From a candidate division WS6 bacterium GW2011_GWF2_39_15 (GTDB taxonomy: Bacteria > Patescibacteriota > Dojkabacteria > SC72), in NCBI GenBank assembly GCA_000993565.1, contig LBWK01000001.1:300208-364207 (forward strand): a DNA stretch of 64,000 nucleotides, given 5' to 3'. A program made the position numbers and the translations under genes. The notes below the pieces were generated by a model. The model was not told where the DNA came from and ran no database searches. It saw only the letters and a program-made list of their open reading frames with translations. How positions within the stretch are numbered: position 1 is the stretch's first letter; each line of letters opens with the position of its first letter. Below, one piece after another: positions 57,121 to 64,000 of the stretch.

Positions 57121-58247
57121 CTCGCCTCTTCAAGCTTCAGCTTTACTTCAACTGTTTTCCCGTCTCTCCAAAGCTTTAAAGTGAGCTCCTCGCCCACCTT
57201 ATAACCTTGAACAACCGTGGCGAGTGATTTACTCATCTTCTCACCATTAATTTCAGTAATAATATCACCCTTCTTTAAACCTGCTTTTGACGCTGGGCTA
57301 TCAGATACCACTCTGACAACCAAAGCACCTGCCACAACATTTCGATAGTACAAAGCAGCCTCTTCTGAGATCATCTGATATTCAACTCCAATATACGGCC
57401 TTATGAATTTACCATACTTCCTGTATTCTTCCAGCCTTGATTTGACTACATTAATCGGCAGTGCAAATGATATGTTATCTGCCCCCGCAGTTGTTGCAAA
57501 GTTAACACCTATAACCTCACCTGAACTATTAATCAAAGGCCCTCCTGAGTTTCCAGGATTAATGGCGGCATCAGTTTGAATAACGTCATAGTATTCCTTC
57601 GTGGTCGTACCAAAGAAATCAGCTTTAGTACTGACAGATCTGTTAAGTCCACTGATTACACCCGTTGTTACGCTACCGGCATAGTCACCAAGTGGAGTAC
57701 CAATTGCAATTACCAGCTGCCCTACCTGAAGATTATCCGAGTTCCCTAATTTGATAGCCGACAGCTTATTTCCTTTGATCTTTAGAATTGCGATATCATT
57801 AACATTATCAACAAGTATCTCATCGACTTTGAATTCTTTTCCCTCCGAAGTAATGACCTTATACTCTTCTGTAGAATCTGAGACTACATGCTGATTAGTG
57901 ACAATAATACCGCTGTTATCTACGATAAAGCCTGTCCCAATGTTGCTGCTTGTATCAACAATCCCCTGCCCCGGCTGAAAATCCATCTGACTAACAGCAA
58001 TACTAACAACAGATGGCTGAGTCTTCTTAACTACATCTATAACCACATTCTCCTCGCTTGTAACAACCGTTTTCAAATTCTCCGTCACCTTTCCTTCTTT
58101 CAAGCCCTCTATCCAATCTGAAACCTTAGGCCTGAGAAGATAGAACGCAATCAGGCACAGGGAAAACACTGTAATAACTAGAACAAATGTAATCAACCCT
58201 TTTACAAATGAAAACCTCTTTTTATTCTTAACTTCTATTTCAGCCAT
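57117..58247 (-). CDS. HtrA/DegP-family serine protease with a PDZ domain, membrane-anchored
   Basis: TNQHVV (His), DIAILK (Asp), GNSGGPLINSSGEVIGVN (Ser) and a C-terminal PDZ (GLKKGDIITEING). Start placed at MAEIEV (58245-58247). Confidence 0.85.
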   Translation of the reverse strand: MAEIEVKNKKRFSFVKGLITFVLVITVFSLCLIAFYLLRPKVSDWIEGLKEGKVTENLKTVVTSEENVVIDVVKKTQPSVVSIAVSQMDFQPGQGIVDTSSNIGTGFIVDNSGIIVTNQHVVSDSTEEYKVITSEGKEFKVDEILVDNVNDIAILKIKGNKLSAIKLGNSDNLQVGQLVIAIGTPLGDYAGSVTTGVISGLNRSVSTKADFFGTTTKEYYDVIQTDAAINPGNSGGPLINSSGEVIGVNFATTAGADNISFALPINVVKSRLEEYRKYGKFIRPYIGVEYQMISEEAALYYRNVVAGALVVRVVSDSPASKAGLKKGDIITEINGEKMSKSLATVVQGYKVGEELTLKLWRDGKTVEVKLKLEEAS

Positions 58248-58266
58248 AGTTAGATCTAATAATAAT

Positions 58267-59529
58267 TTATCTAATCTCATCTAAAACTGTCTTCACGGCT
58301 TTCTCAAGCTGTGGATCTATACCATTCTTAAAATCCTCATCGGTTAATTCTACAACAGTATTTGGTGTAATAGGATTGTCCCTATTAAGCCATTTCCCAT
58401 CAGGCAAGAGCCACTTAAGCGTAGTCAAATGAAGGCTTGATCCATCAGTGAATGGAAGTACACTCTGAGCAGTACCTTTACCGTAAGTCTTTTCCCCAAT
58501 GACTTTGGCCCTATCATTTTTCTGCAAGGCCCCTGTTAATATCTCGGAAGCAGACGCACTTCCTGCATTAACAAGAACTGTAACAGGAACATTCAAGAGT
58601 CTGCCTTTCCTGCTTACTTTAAACTCTTTAACCTTTCCTAATCTATCTTCCTGTTTAGATATAACTGTGCCCTTTGGAAGAAAATCCTCAGCAGCATATA
58701 CAGCCGCATCAAAGTATCCTCCAGGGTTACCTCTAAGATCAAGAACGATTCCTTTTGTTTTATTTTTGACTAAACTATCCACGGCTTTATCCCAATTATC
58801 TTCCCATTCGCTAAGTGAAGAATCGGTGAAGCGGGAGATTTTCAGCACTCTTACTCTTGAATCATCACTGCTCTTAATTTCGATACTTGGGACTGTAATT
58901 TCACCTCTAATAATTTCTATCTCTTGAGCCTTCAAATCACCTTTGTGTAGAACTGTCAAAACCACTTTGCTCCCTGACTTTCCACGTATCTTCTGCACAA
59001 CATCAAATACATTCTCTGAAGGGGCAATATCCTTACCATCAATTTTCAAGATTGTATCACGAGCCTTAATGCCCGCCTTCTCGGCAGGCGATCCGCTTAT
59101 CGGCGAAATAACGATTATCTGTCCATTCTCGTAACCAAGCTCCGCTCCTATTCCTTCAAACATCTTCCCTTCATTTGACGAGTTAAAAGACTCTGTCTCT
59201 TCAGGATCCAAAAATATTGTTGCAGGATCGTCCAATGAACTCACCAAACCCTTGATACTGCCGTAAAACATCTTCTTGACATCAACGTTCTCTTCATTTA
59301 CATAGTTATCGGCAACTGTATCCCATATATTCCAAAAAAGATCGAAGTCAATTTTAGGAATATTTTTATCTTTGTCCCCGGTTATTATAACGTCATTAGA
59401 CCCGCTTCCTCCTAAACCTTTTCCATCATAAAGCCTTCCTGATACAAACCCTATAGATAAGGTACAGATAACAAGTGCAATAACCCCTATCTGCCTTACA
59501 AACCCTTTACTCTCTCTACTATTCATCAA
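58267..59529 (-). CDS. S41 carboxy-terminal processing protease
   Basis: PDZ (GSPAEKAGIKARDTILKIDG), LDLRGNPGG, GSASASEI and KTYGKGT. Confidence 0.85.
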   Translation of the reverse strand: MMNSRESKGFVRQIGVIALVICTLSIGFVSGRLYDGKGLGGSGSNDVIITGDKDKNIPKIDFDLFWNIWDTVADNYVNEENVDVKKMFYGSIKGLVSSLDDPATIFLDPEETESFNSSNEGKMFEGIGAELGYENGQIIVISPISGSPAEKAGIKARDTILKIDGKDIAPSENVFDVVQKIRGKSGSKVVLTVLHKGDLKAQEIEIIRGEITVPSIEIKSSDDSRVRVLKISRFTDSSLSEWEDNWDKAVDSLVKNKTKGIVLDLRGNPGGYFDAAVYAAEDFLPKGTVISKQEDRLGKVKEFKVSRKGRLLNVPVTVLVNAGSASASEILTGALQKNDRAKVIGEKTYGKGTAQSVLPFTDGSSLHLTTLKWLLPDGKWLNRDNPITPNTVVELTDEDFKNGIDPQLEKAVKTVLDEIR

Positions 59530-59593
59530 TTTTCTGCGTAAAGTTAATTATCCATTATATTCAGTCCAGTGAATATGTACAACCCACCTGTAA

Positions 59594-60643
59594 TTAAATA
59601 TGCACAGGAGTTAAAAGATCCTGTGATATAAAGTATCTTTTTCCATCTTCCAGCTCTATTGATACCATATTCTCCTCTTCGTTCAGATCTAAGACTTTGC
59701 CTATTGCCCTGAAATTATCAACATCCATAACTCTTACGTTCATTCCAGGCTTAAGAAAAGAAATAAACCCTGATGGATATTCATGAGGGGCTTTATGCAG
59801 GTATGTACCTTGATCCGGCCATATAACGATATTTTTTTCAAGATCGACACTGACAAAAGAGTTGGTTAAAGATTTGCAGATAGATACATACTCCTTAGGG
59901 TATGGAATATTACCAAATCCCCCTATTATCCCGACGGAGAAATTAAGAGTTGCGAAGTCTTCATAATCCATTGAATACACTATTATGTACTCTGCTCCTC
60001 TCTCATATATCTCACGAAGGAGATCCGGATATGCAAACCGGCCTGCATAAACGATTTTTCCCTTATAATTATCCTTTAGGTCTTTTACAACATACATAGA
60101 GTTTCCCTCTCCCAAAACTTCAAACTCCCCTACCCTTACGTTTTTATACTCATTAGGTCTCTCATGATAGTTATCCGTAAGCATTGGCATAAACCAAACC
60201 ATGGTTTCTACACTCATGCCGTTCGAAAGGTCTACATCAAGAACCTTACCGTGATATTGGGCTGTATACTCGTCATTTTCAGATTCACTTAGTACATCCA
60301 GAAACCCTTTTTCAATTCTTGCCGTACTTAGTATTCCGTCGGAAGAAGCATAAAGTCTTTTCATAGCTAGACCACCTCCTGACATCCTCTCGGCAAGAAT
60401 CTCGCCTTTGAGCACATACTCACCGTTAAGCCTTACCACATAGTCTTGAGCACCCTCAACCTTAACACCTAACTCTTTAGGAATATAAGTGCTTCCTAGA
60501 ATTCTCTTTGATGACTTTGTAAAAAGCATGCTCCCTGGTTTGATTAGTTCTCCCCTTTTAGTCATAACCTCAACACTACCTTCAAAAGGTATTAGCATTC
60601 GATATCTGACCTCTCTATATAGTAGTTTAGACAATTGGAGCAT
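59594..60643 (-). CDS. hypothetical protein, second gene of a two-gene operon
   Basis: 349-aa ORF overlapping the upstream ORF by 17 nt. No confident motifs. Confidence 0.4.
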   Translation of the reverse strand: MLQLSKLLYREVRYRMLIPFEGSVEVMTKRGELIKPGSMLFTKSSKRILGSTYIPKELGVKVEGAQDYVVRLNGEYVLKGEILAERMSGGGLAMKRLYASSDGILSTARIEKGFLDVLSESENDEYTAQYHGKVLDVDLSNGMSVETMVWFMPMLTDNYHERPNEYKNVRVGEFEVLGEGNSMYVVKDLKDNYKGKIVYAGRFAYPDLLREIYERGAEYIIVYSMDYEDFATLNFSVGIIGGFGNIPYPKEYVSICKSLTNSFVSVDLEKNIVIWPDQGTYLHKAPHEYPSGFISFLKPGMNVRVMDVDNFRAIGKVLDLNEEENMVSIELEDGKRYFISQDLLTPVHI

Positions 60644-61964
60644 TCATCCACGAACTCATTTTAATGTGATTATCCTTAGGTTCAGGGCCGTAGATAATCG
60701 GGCGGTATCTGCTATCAACGATAACACTGTTATACTTCCTCTTCCCCACAATCAAGCCATATTTGAACTCCGAGTATAAACTGCTTCCTTTTATAAACTC
60801 GCCTTTAATCTCCTGTATATCAACATCCCTATCGACAATTATCTGAGTGATTTCGTTAGATAGAGCGTAAACATTTTTTTCATCACCCTTTTCATTAGTA
60901 ATTTTGGCTGTGAAAAGAACTCGTTTCTTCTCACCCTCATTAGCAACATCCGGAATTACAATCTGATCAAGCCTGGAAATGAAATCCTCTACATGTGTTA
61001 AGAAACCTGTCTTTGAGACTCCACCGGCATATACTTTCCCCAAATTATATGTACTGAATGTATTATCAACTGCAATATCACAGACATCCGTTAATTCCAT
61101 TGCATCAATTAAGGATAACAACATAGTTGAATATTGTAGCGAGGTTGTAATAGATCCCGTAACTAAAACCAATGTACTGTATTTATTCTCACCTATCTTA
61201 TCAAAAGACCCCTTATTATCATTTCTAATTGTCAGAAGCTGAAGAGCCATATACGCACGCAAAAGATCTTTTATAGAACCAACGCTTGACTTACCTTTAT
61301 CTCCCAAAACATAGTTCGCCCATGAATTCTGCAGCCTGGTTTTATTCGTTTCGATCTCCAGAAAGGCTTTTAATCTAGGGCTATTAATATTGTCGATTAC
61401 TTTCCATTCGTTCCCAAGCTCTATCTTCCCATGCTTGAATACATAGGGATGAACATTCGATTCATTTAAAGTTCTACGCCTCTTTTCACGATGCAGTCTA
61501 TACAGATACGTATTATCCAGATTAAGATCGACTAGCACGACATCTTCATATCCCAATTTTTCGGATATTCCCATCAAAAGATCCTGGACATAACCGTTAT
61601 CTATCTGCAGGATTGAGATGTCTTTAGAAACCTCTCTTATTATTTCTACATATTCTTTTCTAGGATATGCCCGAGTGTCCAAAATAAATATTATTGAGTC
61701 CAATCCAAACCCTTCGTCTGCAAATGTCATCATTTCACTTGAATTGTTTCTGAAAAACTCCCAATCGAAGTACTTCTCTAATGCATTTAGGTATTCTACA
61801 AGAAAATCTGCTGTAATTTCTGAAGAATTAATTCTGAGAGTATCACTTCTCACATAATGCCTGGCAATCGTATAGTCGTTATAGACAAGTTTAGCCACTA
61901 TTCTTGTTTGGCTAAGCTCAACCAAAAGGTTTGCTGATTTTTCTAAGTTAGGCAGTTTAATCAC
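60627..61964 (-). CDS. hypothetical protein with a weak, degenerate actin/ASKHA-like motif order
   Basis: LLVELSQTRIVAKLV, VVLVDLNLDNTYLY and TLVLVTGSITT lie in the order and spacing of the phosphate-1, phosphate-2 and adenosine motifs, but the glycines are replaced. Confidence 0.3.
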   Translation of the reverse strand: MIKLPNLEKSANLLVELSQTRIVAKLVYNDYTIARHYVRSDTLRINSSEITADFLVEYLNALEKYFDWEFFRNNSSEMMTFADEGFGLDSIIFILDTRAYPRKEYVEIIREVSKDISILQIDNGYVQDLLMGISEKLGYEDVVLVDLNLDNTYLYRLHREKRRRTLNESNVHPYVFKHGKIELGNEWKVIDNINSPRLKAFLEIETNKTRLQNSWANYVLGDKGKSSVGSIKDLLRAYMALQLLTIRNDNKGSFDKIGENKYSTLVLVTGSITTSLQYSTMLLSLIDAMELTDVCDIAVDNTFSTYNLGKVYAGGVSKTGFLTHVEDFISRLDQIVIPDVANEGEKKRVLFTAKITNEKGDEKNVYALSNEITQIIVDRDVDIQEIKGEFIKGSSLYSEFKYGLIVGKRKYNSVIVDSRYRPIIYGPEPKDNHIKMSSWMNAPIV

Positions 61965-62029
61965 GACAGTAGTATATAACTAGATACTACATCAATTTAC
62001 ATTATATTGGTGATATTTTCAATTACTCC

Positions 62030-62371
62030 CTACTCTACTGCTACATACGGAAGAAGAGCCATAAATCTTGCTCTTTTTACTGCTGTTGTAAGCTGTCTTT
62101 GGTGCTTATTACATACACCGGATTTTTCTGTAGCAATAATCTTTCCTCTTACGGATGTAAACTTCTTGAGCTGATAAACATCTTTGTATGATACTGTTTT
62201 AACAGCCGATTCACAGAGAGGACACTTAAGATTCAGAACAATTTTTCTTCTTCTTTTTTTATTCTTCTTCCCAAAACCTGTATGTGTCTCTTCCTCTTCA
62301 GAAGTTATACTTCTATCATCAAATACATCATCCAGTGTTGGAGGAACTACTTTTTTCTCAATTTCAGCCAT
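62030..62371 (-). CDS. rpsR: 30S ribosomal protein S18 with an N-terminal extension
   Basis: YKDVYQLKKFTSVRGKIIATEKSGVCNKHQRQLTTAVKRARFMALLPY. Confidence 0.9.
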   Translation of the reverse strand: MAEIEKKVVPPTLDDVFDDRSITSEEEETHTGFGKKNKKRRRKIVLNLKCPLCESAVKTVSYKDVYQLKKFTSVRGKIIATEKSGVCNKHQRQLTTAVKRARFMALLPYVAVE

Positions 62372-62391
62372 TTCTTAAACTTTCTAATATC

Positions 62392-62892
62392 TTAAAATGG
62401 TAGATCTTCTAGAGGATCTTCATCTACCTTCTCCTCGGTCTTTTCAGGAGCTTCTTCTTTGACCTTCCTGGACTTCTTAGGTTTGTCTTCATCAGGAGCG
62501 TCATTATCATCAGACGCGCCTGCAGCACCGGCACCAGTTCCGATACCTTTTCGACCCTTATCGTCCAAGAGAATCATATCCTCAACTCTAACTTCAGTTT
62601 TATACTTTGTAGATCCACTATCATCCTGCCATGATCTTGTTGTGAGAGAGCCCTGAATATATACTTTCATTCCTTTAGCAAGTAATTGATTACAAATTTC
62701 CGCCATCTTGTTCCACGCAACAATATTGTGAAATTCTGTCAACTCCTCAACTTCCCCTTCCTGATTCTTCCATGATTTGTTTGTAGCAAGTCCGAATGTC
62801 GCAACTGGAGTACCATTCCCCGTATATCTAAGCTCAGGATCTCTAGTCAGATTTCCGATCAACTGGACTAGGTTTAAAGATCTTGCAGACAT
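62392..62892 (-). CDS. ssb: single-stranded DNA-binding protein
   Basis: LNLVQLIGNLTRDPELRYTGNGTPVATFGLATN, an OB fold, and an acidic tail ending DLPF. Confidence 0.95.
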   Translation of the reverse strand: MSARSLNLVQLIGNLTRDPELRYTGNGTPVATFGLATNKSWKNQEGEVEELTEFHNIVAWNKMAEICNQLLAKGMKVYIQGSLTTRSWQDDSGSTKYKTEVRVEDMILLDDKGRKGIGTGAGAAGASDDNDAPDEDKPKKSRKVKEEAPEKTEEKVDEDPLEDLPF

Positions 62893-62955
62893 TTTTTATA
62901 TATTAATAATTTATGTTATTTATATTCTACACCATTAACATGAAATCGGAATGAA

Positions 62956-63315
62956 CTAGACCTCTACCTCTAATTCCTTCTTTTTAATTCCTTTTCCGAC
63001 CAATTCTGGATGCTCAACTTCAGAAATCATAAATCTCAAGATTTCGTTTTTAAGTCCAAGCTTTCTTTTAAGCTCAGCAACTGCATCCGCACTCATCTGG
63101 AAATTGTATACTATATAATATCCTTCATCATGGCCTTTAATATTGTAAGCCAGATATCTTTTACCCCATACGTCTACATCTGTAACAACACCATTAGATG
63201 CTTTTACATAATCAGACATCTCTTTGTGAAGAGCTTTTCGAACATCATCAGGGAGAAGAGGTTTTAAAGCAACCATCATCTCGTAATTCTTCATATTTTT
63301 CTCTCGCTTTGCCAT
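62956..63315 (-). CDS. rpsF: 30S ribosomal protein S6
   Basis: YEMMVALKP...WGKRYLAYNIKGHDEGYYIVYNF, in the conserved rpsF-ssb-rpsR order. Confidence 0.9.
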   Translation of the reverse strand: MAKREKNMKNYEMMVALKPLLPDDVRKALHKEMSDYVKASNGVVTDVDVWGKRYLAYNIKGHDEGYYIVYNFQMSADAVAELKRKLGLKNEILRFMISEVEHPELVGKGIKKKELEVEV

Positions 63316-63521
63316 TTTCTATCTATATAATATTAATGTATTTACCGAAGGCGGTAGGATTGTATCAAAAAAGGGAGGATTATGGAAGTATTTACTCATA
63401 ATACTTTCCGCCAACATATTTAAAACTCCTCACTTCACTCTTCCCACCTCCACAGTTTCGAATATCTCCTCATTAAGAAGCTTTTTCCCTGATTGTTAGC
63501 GGAGGTCTTTCTAGAAAGAAC

Positions 63522-63935
63522 TTAAGGCTTTAATTTTTTTAAGGCCTCAACAATACCTATATTGTGAAGTTTACCTGCACCAAGAAATGGTAGGAGAATT
63601 TCTGAGACCCTTTTCTGAGATCCAGGGTCACGCATATCTAGTGGCAAAGTTCTTGACGGTTGAACACCTGGTTTCTCTATGAACTCATAAATATTAGAAT
63701 AATCAGCAATAACACCACCTTTCGCATCTATTGAAAGTACAACCCCCCCACTTCCCTCGTTTGCCATCGTTATAAATACAACGCTTCCCGAAGAAACTCT
63801 GGGATTCTCAAATGGTAAAAGGTTCTTTTCAACAATTCCAGTATCAAATCCTATTTCCTCTAATACAGGAAAAAGCTCTTCATCAGAAGCAGATTCGGAA
63901 AATAAACTTTCGTTCGGGAAATTTCGTGATGTCAT
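63522..63935 (-). CDS. hypothetical protein
   Basis: 137-aa ORF, no recognisable motifs. Confidence 0.35.
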   Translation of the reverse strand: MTSRNFPNESLFSESASDEELFPVLEEIGFDTGIVEKNLLPFENPRVSSGSVVFITMANEGSGGVVLSIDAKGGVIADYSNIYEFIEKPGVQPSRTLPLDMRDPGSQKRVSEILLPFLGAGKLHNIGIVEALKKLKP

Positions 63936-64000
63936 ATTTATATTACAAATTAAATTAATATAATCAATTATACCATCTACTAACTATAAGCCAGAAGATG

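Overview
This is a gene-dense, low-GC (about 35-40% by eye) bacterial chromosome segment read with the standard code. TGA, TAA and TAG all end full-length conserved genes. The gene style suggests a small-genome Patescibacteria/CPR-like organism, which is an inference: ribosomal proteins carry extensions, GyrA and Ndk carry insertions, many small membrane proteins are orphans, and there are two sortases. Recognisable core genes are ndk, gyrB, gyrA, ruvB-ruvA-ruvC-yebC, dnaB, tRNA-Leu(CAA), rpmE-prfA-prmC, rpsF-ssb-rpsR, an rluD-like gene, HtrA-like and S41 proteases, a VanY-type peptidase, a GH3 NagZ-like enzyme, a thermonuclease and a PEBP-family protein. Accessory content includes a surface-glycosylation cluster (19980-29253) and an isolated VirD4/TraG-like ATPase. 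There is also a sharply GC-rich lipoprotein islet behind about 680 bp of hairpin-dense non-coding DNA (18160-19980). The most interesting locus is 29348-38644. A 1783-aa membrane protein and a convergent 515-aa protein share a 157-bp, about 92%-identical, codon-phase-matched inverted repeat. The 515-aa protein has a lone-Cys His/Asp/Gln/Cys C-terminal domain resembling clan CE peptidases, and a tyrosine recombinase gene lies 45 bp upstream of it. Inversion between the repeats would swap the C-terminal parts of the two proteins in frame, so I propose a candidate coding-sequence inversion (domain-shuffling) switch. All function calls rest on motifs read by eye, and no database search was possible.
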